The notes below the pieces were generated by a model, which saw nothing but the letters and a program-made list of their open reading frames with translations, searched no databases and was not told the DNA's origin. A DNA stretch of 64,000 bases from Chrysomallon squamiferum. Lineage: Eukaryota > Animalia > Mollusca. Made by a program: the position numbers and the translations under genes. Below are positions 41,373-54,068 of the stretch, piece by piece. Numbering within the stretch: position 1 is the stretch's first letter; each line of letters opens with the position of its first letter. The stretch lies in assembly GCA_012295275.1 (NCBI GenBank), contig CM022678.1:8122001-8186000 (forward strand), given 5' to 3'.

Positions 41373-42901
41373 CATATCAGAGAATTTATTTTCACTGCCA
41401 TTAACAACCTTTGCCCAAAATGCACTTTACTTCAAGTTTAACAAACACATAAAATCTCATTACTTCATCACAGAATATAAACTTGATAAAGCATAATGTT
41501 GTCATGTTAATACATAATTATGGTTATATGCATTTGCGAAACTTAAGATGAATTTGTTTTCATTTATTCCTAAGTTAGTAAAACTCCAGATTTCACATAC
41601 ATACAGTAACATGTGTTTTTTACAATCATATCAGACATATTTGACAGTTTATAAATTAAATCTCTACTTTTTTTTTTTTTTTTATCCATATAGGAAACAG
41701 AGTTTGAAGTTCAATTGATTGAATATTTCCTGCTTTTACAAAGGATACAGATTTACTTAAGAGAAATTCAAGGTATTTAACCTCAGTTACAATTTCAGTA
41801 TTAAATAATTAACAATGCATGTAAATTGATGTTCATTAACACAATTAATTTCTTTCACAAAATCTGTGTTACTGATCAAATATCTTTACAACTTTCATAG
41901 GTAAAAAGTATTATTAGTTTATTCCAGTATAATAAAAATAAAAAATAAACTATATTTCTGTATTAAATAATTAACAATGAAAGTAAATTGATGTACATTA
42001 ACATCTTTGATAAGAACACCTGTTACTGGCTGAATGCCATTACAACTTTCACATCTAAAATATTACTAGATCATTTAAGTAAGATGAAAATAAATAGTGA
42101 ATATTTCCTTGCCGTACTTCAGAATTTGAAGAAAGTTTTCTGATTTATGGCTATTTGTACAATTCTAGTTTTTAAACCATCCTGTATTTATCCTAAATTA
42201 ATGTCATGCAGAATCAAAATTGTTAAAAGGACAGTACATTATACATATTTTTCCTTTTAGTAAAAGAAATAAATTAATAAAAAACTTATTGTAAGTCATA
42301 AAGAATCCTTCTCAAGAACCATAGTAATAATTCAGTTTGATCAATTCTTTATTTAGGATGGATGTAAATAATATTCTCAAACCTCTTAGCTATGTAACTT
42401 TTTAGTAATAATACAGATGACTTTGCTTGCCTCAATTCTTGTATTTCCTACATTCCCTTCTAGTCAAGCTGTAGGAATTACCTCTATATCAAATATAACA
42501 CTAAATGAAAGAACATAATCAGAATGACATAATTAAGAAAATTAATTTAGGTTTGAAAGTGAAATTTCTTTTGTTATATTGTTAGTATTTTTATAGAATG
42601 ATAAATGTCACAATCTAATTCACTGGCTAAATTTTGTTTATTTAAATTCTCCACAGTGACTAGGACACCAGATCTAAATGTCAGAGTGTTGTGATGGAAG
42701 TGGGCTGAAATTATGTAACAAATACACCATGGATAAATTACATATATATCATGATTTTAGCAATATATTCCATTATATATATTTATATACACACCTAAAC
42801 ACACAGAGAGAGAGAGAGAGAGAGACAGATATATATATATGTGTGTGTGTATATGTATGTTTATATATATGTTTATGTCTGTGTGTGTGTATAATTATAT
42901 A

Positions 42902-43670
42902 CAGGCTGGCCCAGATGTAACCGAACCCGAAAGCTCAATCGATGATCACTGATTTCAAGTCTGCTTCATGAAATACTGAATTGATCGATATCAGGGAGAA
43001 CTGGTAAAGAGACTTCACGTGCATGGCTGTGTTAACCGGTTTTGTCATCACCCCTGAAAGTGTTGCAAAGCCTATTTAAGAGAGGATAGAAACCTTCTAC
43101 TTTGATAATCTTTGTTTTATCAGTTTTGTCGCCCTCTTTCATTTAACAGACATGGCCAACACACGACACACTTTAAAATTGGAAGAACGTATTCATGCTG
43201 TTAAAAGTTATTATTTGTCGTAAATGTTATTGATCATTGGAATGAATGGTTTGATACACCACCTCCATCAAAAATGTGAATGAACTGGCAATGTCGCCAA
43301 CGCATATAAACCTGGTGCACCAAGAACAATGAGGACAATTGCCAACCAGGAATTAGTAGCATCATCATACGTCCACAGCCCTTGCAAATCCCAGAGATGT
43401 GCTTCTGCAGAGCTGGGCATATCACAATCGTCTTTACAATGCATCATGTCGGATATTGGCTTGCACCTATAACGTCTCCGTGGGAACTCCAGGCTCTTAA
43501 TGGAAATGTGCAAAAAAGTAACTGAATCAACCATTGAATGATGTCATCACTGTATTACAAATAATGGTTTGCATTTTGAACATTAGCTGTAACTATATGA
43601 AATAAAATTTGTTTCATTTAAATGTAACTTTTCATAACAATTCAGGTTCGGTTACATCTGGGCCACCCTG
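42902..43670 (+). mobile_element. Non-autonomous Tc1/mariner DNA transposon (769 bp) with a degraded DUF4817-type HTH transposase N-terminus
   Basis: 30-bp TIRs CAGGCTGGCCCAGATGTAACCGAACCCGAA and TTCAGGTTCGGTTACATCTGGGCCACCCTG (2 mismatches), TA target duplication. A broken ORF from about 43152 reads MANTRHTLKLEERIHAVKSYY...SAELGISQSSLQ; the catalytic domain is deleted. Confidence 0.9.
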
Positions 43671-43717
43671 TATACTGTAATATAATCACATACACACCTA
43701 CACACACAGAGAGAGAC

Positions 43718-43756
<39 letters not shown>

Positions 43757-45153
43757 TATGTCTGTGTGTGTTTATATATAATGGAATATAACTGCATTTA
43801 GAACTGTTTACATTTCTAAGATAAAGCATAAAAAAGTATTGATTTTAGCATATCTATTTTACTGTCAAGTGATTATCACTTTACTGGTGAGCAGTTGTTC
43901 AGTGAGTAGTTCTATTGCATTTAAGAATTAAGATTTTTTTCCTGAGGCAATATAAAAACAAATACTTCTAGATTTATAAATGACCATATTGAAATAGAAA
44001 TTGTTACAGAGGTTAAATACCTCTTGCTTATTTTAAGTAAATCTGGATTCTTTGTAAATATTAAGAAAAATTAGTCAGATATCCTGTAGCAGTAAATGTT
44101 AAAGTAAGAATGATTACCTTTTGGGCAAAGGTTGTTAACTGTAAAGAAGGTCTATATTATGGCTATATAACAACAACATGTATAGAACATGCAAAGAGCA
44201 TTTATAGCATTTATACTGTGATTATATGCAGCAACATGTATATGACTATATCAAGTCATTGGTTAATGTCTGTTAAACACTTTAAAGCTATGCTAGATGA
44301 ATGTGGTTTATGTAACACATATTCGTGTATCCAAGTGAATGTTTTGTGGTAAAACATGCTGTTAAAATAATTTTATGTGATGAGTTCTTACAAAAATAGA
44401 ATAGAGATAACTTGAGTCATGTAGAGGCATTAATTATATAATGTTTAAATATGAATTTAAATTAGGACAGTATCTGTTAAAGCAGCTAATGAAAAATGCT
44501 AGATTTGAATGTATTTATCTTAGTGGATCACTGGATAAATAAAATTATTGTTATTTGAAAAAAAAAAATTGATTTAGACATCTGGTACAGTTATAATGCA
44601 TCTTACCGTTCATGAAAACTAAACTAAATTAGAATGTCAGAAAAGACTGGTGAAGGATTCCTAAAGAAAGAGGAAAACTTGAAATGTGCTATTTTAAATA
44701 TTATATAACTCTATTGTATTAGATTCTTTTATTTCATATTTTCAGAAAAGGGAAAAAGAAGACAGAATCCTCAATGCAGTTTTTGCAATATCAGATTAAA
44801 TAATCTAATTCCTTGAAAGTACAAATCCATGGGTTTTATAGACGTCAGAATTATAATTACAGATTTACATGAAAGTGATATTAAAATGTTAACTGTGGAA
44901 AGAAAATCTATTTCCTTGAAATTTCAGACTGAGATATTATAATGAAAGATTACTTTTCACATTAACGCAGTTAATTCATTCTGTATTTTAGATCAACGTC
45001 ACTTCACTTTAAAACAAATCTGATTTGGGAATTTTTTAATAAAATATATTAGTCATGGTAATCTACTGAAATTTTGTTTACAGCAGACACAAAAAGTTTA
45101 AAAATGAAGTCCGTATGAAATGATTTTCCAAAAATGAGAACATAAATATTAAC

Positions 45154-45999
45154 ATGGCAACTCACAGTGATGAAGAACCATTCAGCATCAAGATGAACGC
45201 GGAACGTTTCAGATGTGAGGTTTGTGGAAAATCGTTCAAAAAACATTCACATTTAATGTTTCACACTAGGATCCACACTGGTGAGAAACCTTTTGAATGT
45301 GAAGTTTGTGCAAGATGTTTCTCACGAAGACCGAGTCTAAAAAGTCACATGAGTGTCCACACTGGTGAGAAACCTTTCAAATGTGAATTCTGTGCAAAAT
45401 GTTTCTCAAGACGACCGAGTCTAAAAAGTCATATGAGTATCCACACTGGTGAAAGACCTTTTACATGTGAATTCTGTGCAAAATGTTTTCCAGACAGTTC
45501 GAGATTAAGAAGGCACGAGAAGAGCCATACTGGCCAGGATTCATTCAAATGTGAAGTCTGTGCAAAATGTTTTCCAGACAGTTCGAGATTAAAAAGGCAC
45601 GAGAAGAGCCACACAGGCGAGAAATCATTCAAATGTGGAGTATGTGCAAAATGTTTTTCACGAGGAAATGAGGTAAGATGTCACATGAAGCTTCATACTG
45701 GAGAGAGCCCTCTTGTATGTGAGGTTTGTGCAAAATGTTTCTCACGCAGTTCGAGTCTGAGAGATCACATGAACATCCACACTGGTTCAAAACCTTATGA
45801 GTGTGAAGTTTGTGCAAGATGTTTCCCACACGCGTCGACGCTGAAGAGACACATGATCATTCACACTGGTGAGAAACCTTTCAAATGTGAGGTCTGTGCA
45901 AAATGTTTCGCACTCAGTACGGGATTAAGAAGGCACGAGAAGACCCATACAGGTCAGAAATCGTTTGAATGTGAAGCACGTGCAAAATGTTTGTCATGA
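45154..45999 (+). CDS. C2H2 zinc-finger protein ZNF-A: 9 intact fingers, no effector domain
   Basis: 281-aa ORF with nine CxxC-x12-HxxxH units, TGEKP-type linkers and a broken final finger (CEARAKCLS). ATG context TTAACATGG is shared with the paralogs; candidate 5'UTR acceptor at 44745. Confidence 0.92.
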   Translation: MATHSDEEPFSIKMNAERFRCEVCGKSFKKHSHLMFHTRIHTGEKPFECEVCARCFSRRPSLKSHMSVHTGEKPFKCEFCAKCFSRRPSLKSHMSIHTGERPFTCEFCAKCFPDSSRLRRHEKSHTGQDSFKCEVCAKCFPDSSRLKRHEKSHTGEKSFKCGVCAKCFSRGNEVRCHMKLHTGESPLVCEVCAKCFSRSSSLRDHMNIHTGSKPYECEVCARCFPHASTLKRHMIIHTGEKPFKCEVCAKCFALSTGLRRHEKTHTGQKSFECEARAKCLS

Positions 46000-46286
46000 G
46001 TCACTTAACAATTTCTAAACGAGGATAATTAAAAGAGGAAGAAATGACAAGTAATTACTACATAATCTGTTGTGAATATGTAGGATAAATGTTGGAAATA
46101 ACATAAGTGAATATCAATAGGGATCTTACGTTTTCATATAACTTCAAACTGACATTTTTAACATCAAGAAAAAGTTACATAATAGTTTGATATTAAAACT
46201 ATTGTTAATGTTACTTTATCCTTTCGTGTTTTGTATTGCACTCAAAGAATTTCTTCAAGGAAGATCATATGTTTCGTTCTACATTT

Positions 46287-46326
<40 letters not shown>

Positions 46327-46339
46327 CAAAACACGTTAG

Positions 46340-46670
46340 TGTTGCGAAAGCTTTTAAATGTGAAACTTGTTCAAAATGTTTCTCACATCGTGTATGTGCC
46401 AAAAGTCACATGAAGTGCCATACTGGTGAGAAATGTTTTCCAACGTGACTGTTGTTCCAAAATGTTTCTCACAGAGTTCAAATCTAAAACTTCAATGAAG
46501 GTCCATATCAGGAACCGATGTTTTAATGCGATGTCAGTACAAAATGTTTCTCACTATTTTCATTTTAACCAAAAAAAAACCTAACGATGATCCATACTGT
46601 TGAGAAATATAGTGTTTGTGCAAAATCTTTTGAAGAAAAGCTGGTATTTAAAACATCACATGAAGATAAC
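46340..46670 (+). pseudogene. Decayed C2H2 fingers downstream of ZNF-A
   Basis: AAATGTGAA...AAATGTTTCTCAC and CATACTGGTGAGAAA remnants with frameshifts. Confidence 0.75.
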
Positions 46671-47681
46671 TTTTGAAAAATGATTCATGATAAAACAGTG
46701 TAAAAGTGAAAAATTTATGAAATAAAAGAAAATGGTAAAGCCTGAAATATAATACGGTGTTTTGTAATAACATAATTTTAAGAAAAGTTGATAAAAAATA
46801 CTCAAATAGAACTTCATATTTCCTATAACCATTTATACTACAACTGCTGCTACTTAGTAGTATTACTATTGCTACTGGTACTACTACCACCATCACGACC
46901 ACCACATTGCACTAGTACATCATTACCAGATGAACTTTGATCACTTCAGTTTTACATTGTTAGTGCAAATGGTGTATGTGTATGTATTGGTACAAATGTC
47001 CATGACTTGAACTTAAAATTGTGTATGCTGTAGGTATATTTTTCAGATTTTTTGAGAGTTTATTAGTGTTTTATAGAACTATAATAAGATGCTAATATTG
47101 ACACATACATACAGAAACACAACTCTATTGTGACAGAATACAAATCTGTATGCAAAGTCTTGTACAGTGAAATATAAATTTAGTCACATATGGACATCCA
47201 CATAGATGCTTACAGATATATATCGAAAAAAAAAACTGAATGCAAATAACGTTTGAAAATGTAATTAGCTCGATATAGGGATTACTGTTAAAAACTAAAA
47301 TGACTGCTTAAAGACTGCTATATATGATGTCTGGTGGAAGACGTACTATGTCGTATAAGCAACAATCGTTATCAAATAGACACTGGTAGCTGTATTTAAA
47401 GGATTTTTTCAAACTGGATGAAAACGTGCTGCATAATGCCTGTGAATGCCTGTTGATAGATTTTATGACAGAACTACGCGTGGTCCATTTAAAGGCGATG
47501 ATTTATAGCGAAATAAATAAATACACACACATACATATTTCCCTAGATATCTACCTACACGAATGCATAATAAATTAAACTTGATATTCACGTGTGAAAA
47601 TGTAGGATAGTAATTATGATTATATGAAAAACATGTTTACAGATATAGAGATATTCGATTTTATTTCCGTCTGAGCATCAG

Positions 47682-47726
<45 letters not shown>

Positions 47727-47860
47727 TTTTTAAATTAAAATTAAAATTAAAAGAACAATATTCGGTCTAATCCGCTTGGTTCATTTTTGTTGCTGGTCAT
47801 AGTGGTAATGAAACAATACCTTTCATTTTGATAGGAAAAACTAATAGACTACAAAGTTGA

Positions 47861-48160
47861 GCGTCGACGCTAAAGAGACAAATGCTCATTCACACTGGTG
47901 AGAAACCTTTTAAGTTTGAGGTTTGTGCAAAATGTTTGTCACACAGTTCGAGTCTAAAACGTCATATGAACATCCACACTGGTACAAAACTTTATAAGTG
48001 TGAAGTTTGTGCAAGATGTTTCTCATCCAGTTCATCTCTAAAAAATCATATGAACACACACATTGATGCAAAACCTTTCAAATGTGATGTCTGTGCAAAA
48101 TGTTTTCCAGACAAATCACATGAAGACCCCTTGCAATGACATACCTTTTACATGTGCAGT
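47861..48160 (+). pseudogene. 5'-truncated C2H2 zinc-finger fragment related to the 3' end of ZNF-A
   Basis: Begins GCGTCGACGCTAAAGAGACA, matching 45832 GCGTCGACGCTGAAGAGACA. The first finger has C to F, the last is broken, and the family leader is missing. Confidence 0.75.
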
Positions 48161-48429
48161 TTGTTCAAAATGTTGCAAAGAACATGCGCATCTAAAATGT
48201 CGCCCGAAAATGCACACAGGTGAGTAACAAAAAACCTGCTATGGAGAATTAAACATGAACTAAAACCAGTCAACATCATCAACCAACTGAACAAACAGTT
48301 TAGAGTCTTATCGATGAACAATATAATACACAGTGAGCATGCTGTAAACTTCAAAAACTAATATGGCACAAAGAAACAGTGAATAGTTAAAACCTGTAAG
48401 AAACAAACATCCACTTAGACGATTTAGTA

Positions 48430-48617
48430 ACCGATATAAACCGAGTTCAACCCAGATCCACACACACGCATCTAAGTTTGAATTTTGTTATATATCTGTA
48501 ATACATTCTTCTCTGTACTGTAATTCTACAGCTCATGACAATAAACTCATTGTCGTTGACTGAAAAATAAAAGATGGACACATAGTAACTTATCTCTTGT
48601 TCTGTTTGCAGGTAAGT
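48430..48617 (+). promoter_or_regulatory. Type II (TATA) promoter/non-coding first-exon cassette for ZNF-B
   Basis: TATAAACCGAGT at 48435, CAGATCCACACACAC, donor CAG|gtaagt at 48612 and acceptor at 48763; homologous to blocks at 50577 and 60430. Confidence 0.55.
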
Positions 48618-49062
48618 CGTTCTTACTACTTTTATTTTCATTTCATGATATTCATGTTATTTGCTTCAGTATTATTTAACTATATTAGAATTCTTACTTG
48701 AATCTAATATTCGTTTAAAATATGCCACTTTATTAGTTTCTTATTTCTATTTTACATTTTCAGAAATGAATAAGAAAGTAAGAACCAGAATTCAGGACCT
48801 TGATGAAAGAGAATAAAACGTGAAGTGAGAAAAATAATTTGTACAAATTACAAACTGTTGTTTTAAGAAATATCCCCTATGGAATTAATTCACTCTGTGT
48901 TTTATATCACGCTACATTACATTCAAAACGCGCCTGATTTGTGAATCTTGATATAATTATAGTTGTTGTGATAACCAAATGAAATAAAGTTTACAGTAGT
49001 CAGAAAGCGATAAAATGTGACATCTCTAAGAATTTTTTAAAAATGAGAATATAAAAATTAAC

Positions 49063-49665
49063 ATGGCAACTCACAGTAATCAAGAATTATTCAGCATCCA
49101 TTCTGGTGAGAAACCTTTTAAATGCGAAGTTTGTGCAAGATGTTTCTCACGAAGAGGATATGTTGAACATCATATGAGAATCCATACTGGAAAGAAACCT
49201 TATAAATGTGAAGTTTGTGTCAAATGTTTCACGCAGAGTTCAAATCTGAAACGACATATGAAAGTCCATACTAAAGAGAAACCTTTCAAATGTGAAGTTT
49301 GTTCTAAATGTTTCACAGAACGTTTGACTTTGACATATCATATGAAGATCCACACAGGAGAGAAACCTTTTAAATGTGAGGCTTGTGCAAAGTGTTTCTC
49401 ACAGCGTTCGAGTTTAAAGTATCATATGGCGACGCATACAGGAGAGAAACCTTTTAAATGTGAGGTTTGTGCAAAATGTTTCTCACGAGTTGCACATAAA
49501 AAACGTCACATGAACGTCCATACTGGAGAGAAACCTTTTAAATGTGAGGTTTGTGCAAGATGTTTCTCACGAAGAGCTGTTCTAAAATGGCACACGAAGA
49601 CACATAGTGGTGAGAAACGTTTTAAATGTGGGGCTCGTGCAAAATATTTACAAGCTGGTATCTAA
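49063..49665 (+). CDS. C2H2 zinc-finger protein ZNF-B: 6 intact fingers
   Basis: 200-aa ORF with leader MATHSNQELFSIHSGEKP, six canonical fingers and a broken terminal finger CGARAKYL. Confidence 0.92.
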   Translation: MATHSNQELFSIHSGEKPFKCEVCARCFSRRGYVEHHMRIHTGKKPYKCEVCVKCFTQSSNLKRHMKVHTKEKPFKCEVCSKCFTERLTLTYHMKIHTGEKPFKCEACAKCFSQRSSLKYHMATHTGEKPFKCEVCAKCFSRVAHKKRHMNVHTGEKPFKCEVCARCFSRRAVLKWHTKTHSGEKRFKCGARAKYLQAGI

Positions 49666-50569
49666 AATATCAGAAACGTTTGAAAAATGATTGATGGTAA
49701 TTTGTGAAATAAAGGAGAAAAAGTGCACATAAAATGTAATATTTTGTAATAAAGAACACTTAAGAAAAGTTAATTACAAATTGTTTGCTAAATGACTATT
49801 TTATTAACGTATAATAATCTTGCCTGTTTTTCGTCAGTTCTGACATTATACATATACAGAAAAATAAAACGAAAAGCGGCAATATATCTAAATGCATCCT
49901 TTGTTCCTAATTTTAAAATAAAAAATGTTAGAAGAAAATTCACGCCTAATGCCATTCCATATACACAATGAAACATGTAATCTAACCGAAATTTAATGAT
50001 AAACGCTACTTCGGAGGCCATGACACTCAAAATGATTTTCAGCTGAGAATACGACTAATTAACATTTGTGTGATAAACAAAAGAGACAACTGATGTTATA
50101 ATTTAAAACAGCTCAGAAGTGATGAACAATTGGCGTACAATCATACACTAACTAAATACACAACTAATACTTTTATTTAATTTATTGCCATTATTTTATG
50201 AAGATTTTCCTTTTTAATTTGTCTTGATAAATTAAAAAATGAATATAAAGAGGACATTTTTAAGCAATGACTGTCATAGTGGCAAAGTTAATATATGCGT
50301 AGCAAAACGCTCAAGGATGAACGCCACTCAATACAATTTAATGCATAAACATAAGAATAAATTAACATTAATTAAAACCTGCCACAACATCGCCAATCAG
50401 CTGAACGAAGAAACAATTTACAATGTGATCTACCAACAACAATGAACAATATGATACGTAATGAACAAGCCAGAAACTTAATAAACTATCAGAGAAGAAA
50501 CAATAGTGAGCAGTTAAAACCTGTAACAATCAAACATCTACTAAACGCATACGTAACCAATCTGAGTTG

Positions 50570-50676
50570 GGTCTTATATAAACCGAGTACAGCTCAGATC
50601 CAGACACACACATCTGAGTGAGAAATAAACGAAAGAGACCCAGTGACTGTGTTCTCGTTGTGTTTTCTAGTAAGTC
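50570..50676 (+). promoter_or_regulatory. Type II (TATA) promoter/first-exon cassette upstream of ZNF-C
   Basis: TATATAAACCGAGT near 50575 and a gtaagt donor at 50670. Confidence 0.5.
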
Positions 50677-51147
50677 ATTTTAACTAGTCATTTCATTACA
50701 GTGATAAATATATTTGCTTCAGTAGTATTTTCCAGCATTAGAATATTTACTTGAACCTAATATTTATTGAAAAACCATTGATTCTTAAAATACATATGAC
50801 TCATGAATAACGTTTACTAATTTATAGATATATATAAATACAGAAAAAAGGACAACAGTATATAAATGTAAATAAATGAGAACATATAAATACAAATGCA
50901 GATAGAAATGAAAACATAACCACAGATATATAAAATTATATAAATACGTACATTATGTACATACTTATACAATCATACATAAAATATTATAAGTAAATAA
51001 TTAAATAAATAAAATTCAAATAATTATGAAACTTAAATATACAAATTTATAGAGCCAGAAATATTCGGCATAGTTTGCCTGATTTACTTTTATCCGAGGA
51101 TCAGGCTAGTGAGAGTGACCCAATGAAATGAACCTTTTCCTTGCGAT

Positions 51148-51305
51148 TTTAGAGTGCGCGTTTTATTTTGAAGGAAAGTGATAAACAAGCCAACGTTCAC
51201 CAAAGGGGAGATAAATTACAGAACAGCCATTAAACCTGGACTCGGAACAGGTTTTTCGTATATATAATTAGAAAATAATGGAAGGAAAAACGCTCAGGTA
51301 ATCCT
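51148..51305 (+). promoter_or_regulatory. Type I promoter/first-exon cassette upstream of ZNF-C
   Basis: TTAGAGTGCGCGTTTTATTTTGAAGGAAA ... GGGGAGATAAA ... CAG|gtaatc (donor at 51298); acceptor at 52773. Confidence 0.6.
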
Positions 51306-52865
51306 GAAAAATATTGGTTGTAAAAACATTCGCGGAATTCTGGTACGATTTGAATGGAAATACCAAAATAGATCGTTTTGAGTAAAATAGTAACGTGCTA
51401 TTCTCTGTTTATGCTGTATACCTATAATCGTCTCTCTCTCTGTTTAGTGTTTACGACAGCTCAATAATTTATTTTTATTATTACTAATTTATTTTTTATC
51501 ATAATAACCATTTAGTAATATTGATAATGCCCATTATGACATGCATTTAAATATTCACGACAAATATACTGAGAAAGTCCATTCCGAAAACCCCCAAACA
51601 AAAAACCCCAACAAAAACTGGAAAAAATAGAAAATATCTAAATCTGATAAAGATATCGTATTTCAAAAAATCCATTCCTATTGTAGGTATTTTAAAGTAG
51701 TTTTTTTTCTTCTTCTTCTTGTTAAAAGTGCCTGAAACAGTATTTCAAGAGGTATCTCTATCAGATTTGCAGGATCTATTCAGTAAATTTTAATGTTTTT
51801 AAGAGAGGTAGATTTAATTAAATTAAATGTAATAATTTTGGCCTGTTTTAGTTGATATATGAATGTGAGATCATTCCAGAATATATAATTTTTCTGTTAC
51901 CTTGATACTTATTTCTGCAAACGACCACATTGAGTTGTCGTTCGTGGGTGTTTGTTTTCACGGATCGGGCACTTGCACTTCACTTCAAGTCGTTATTAAA
52001 CAATAAATGTTATTGTAATTATTGTCAAACATACGTAAGACTGTGAAGAAAGACAGGTCCAAATATTCCATTTAATAATCTATTCAGTGTTTTCCTTTTT
52101 CACAATTTTTTCTAAAGTTCACTTGTCATTTTTACCCGTTTCATTATATTTTCAGATTTTCAGTTACGTCTTTATTCGAAATTACCCTAACAAATATTTA
52201 GTGAATATATCAGTTAATGTCTACTGCCATACTGTCAAAACTTAGTGTATTAAAAACGCCTAACCCGATTCGGTGTATATACAAAATGCAGAATTTGGTC
52301 TTACAGACTTTGGATCTTAACCGTGGACTTCCATTCTGAATTTACAAACAGTTTAGTCTGAATATAAATCCTGTAATTATAAATGAAGGAAATAAAAAAT
52401 GAAAAAACTCCATTGTAATCAATCAGCAGGATAAGACTTTATACTTAATGAATATATTAAGTATTCTGTTAATATTATGTTTATGTACTGTTGTATAACA
52501 TTATTTTTGACACAACAATTATACCATCTCGTGGTTAACAGTCTTTAAACGTTTCTGCTAATATTTCAGTGTCAGCATATAACAATTTTAGTACCTTAAA
52601 AAACAAACAAAAAGTACTAAATCATTTAAATATGAAGAAAATAAAACAGATGACAGGTTTTTCTTTTGCTTTTCTCAAAGCTTAAAAAGAAGCTACGAAT
52701 TGGAATAAAATATGCTAATTTAAATATTGTATCTCCATTGCCTTAGCATGTAACGTATATTTTATATTTTCAGAAATAATCAAACCTAAGCATCACAATT
52801 CCAGATTCTGATGAAAATGAGATTCAGATGTGAAGGGAAAAATGTTCTAGAATATAAAAGTTAAC

Positions 52866-54068
52866 ATGGCAGCTCACAGTAATGAGGAATCATTCGGAAT
52901 CCAGACGCGTGAGAAACTTTTTAAATGTGAAGTTTGTGCAAAATGTTTCTCACACAGTTCTAGTCTAGAAGATCACACGAAGATCCATACTTGTGAGAAA
53001 ACTTTTAAATGTGAGGTTTGCGCCATAATTTTCTCAGACTCTTCCAATCTACAAAAAGACGTGAACGTCCATACTGGAAAGAAAGCTTTTAAATGTGAGG
53101 TTTGTGTTAAATGTTTCTCACAGCGTGCCAGTCCACAATTTCATGTGAAAACCCATACTACAGACAAGGGTTTTAAGTGTGAAGTTTGCGCGAAACGTTT
53201 GTCAGATAAATCGAGTCTAACAAGGCACATGAGAATCCACACTGGTGAGAAACCTTTCACATGTGAAGTTTGTTTAAAAAGATTTTCCCACAGTTCCAGT
53301 TTAAAAGATCATATGAAAATCCATACTGGAGTGAAACCTTTTAAATGTGAAGTTTGTTTAAAAACTTTCTGTAACCGTTCCGGTTTAAAGGAGCATATGA
53401 AAATACATACTGGAGAGAAACCGTTTAAATGTGAGGTTTGCGCAAAATCTTTCAAACAAAATTCATGTCTGAAAGATCACACGAGGGTGCACTCTGGTGA
53501 GAAAACTTTTGAATGTGAAGTTTGTGAAAAACGTTTCTCAAGCAGATCGAGTTTAAGCAATCACATGAACTTACACACTGGAGAGAAACGTTTTAAATGT
53601 GAAGTTTGTGCAAAATGTTTCTCATGGAGTTCAAATCTAAAAATTCACATGACAGTTCATACCAGGAAGAGATGTTTCAAATGCGAACTTTGTACAAAAT
53701 CTTTCTTACACTGTTCGAGTCTAATAAACCATCGGATGATCCATACTGGTGAGAAACCTTATAAATGTGAGGTTTGTGCAAAATATTTCTCACAGCGTGT
53801 AAATTTGAAACGTCACATGAAGGTCCATACTGGTGTCAGACCTTTTAAATGTGAAATTTGTGGAAAACGTTTGTCGACCGCACATACTCTAAAATATCAT
53901 ATGAAGATCCACACTGCTGAGAAACCTTTTAAATGTGAGGTCTGTACAAAATGTTTCCCGTTGAATTCAAATCTAGAAATTCAGCTGAAGTTGCATACAA
54001 TTAACAGACGTTTTAAATGTAAAGTCTGTGAAAAATGTTTCTCGAAACGTGTATATGCAAAACATTAA
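52866..54068 (+). CDS. C2H2 zinc-finger protein ZNF-C: 11 canonical and 2 degenerate fingers, truncated by a nonsense codon in finger 14
   Basis: 400-aa ORF. Fingers 2 (H to D) and 13 (H to Q) are degenerate; TAA at 54066-54068 is followed in frame by more fingers. Confidence 0.85.
   Translation: MAAHSNEESFGIQTREKLFKCEVCAKCFSHSSSLEDHTKIHTCEKTFKCEVCAIIFSDSSNLQKDVNVHTGKKAFKCEVCVKCFSQRASPQFHVKTHTTDKGFKCEVCAKRLSDKSSLTRHMRIHTGEKPFTCEVCLKRFSHSSSLKDHMKIHTGVKPFKCEVCLKTFCNRSGLKEHMKIHTGEKPFKCEVCAKSFKQNSCLKDHTRVHSGEKTFECEVCEKRFSSRSSLSNHMNLHTGEKRFKCEVCAKCFSWSSNLKIHMTVHTRKRCFKCELCTKSFLHCSSLINHRMIHTGEKPYKCEVCAKYFSQRVNLKRHMKVHTGVRPFKCEICGKRLSTAHTLKYHMKIHTAEKPFKCEVCTKCFPLNSNLEIQLKLHTINRRFKCKVCEKCFSKRVYAKH

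Noticed and set aside
43234-43534. Minus-strand ORFs inside the transposon
   Set aside because: They are antisense to the degraded plus-strand transposase.
54066-54068. Stop-codon readthrough or A-to-I rescue of the ZNF-C TAA (and the ZNF-D TAG at 58759)
   Set aside because: Editing would give Trp, not the His or Glu expected at these positions. The downstream fingers carry further frameshifts or stops, which fits ordinary decay.
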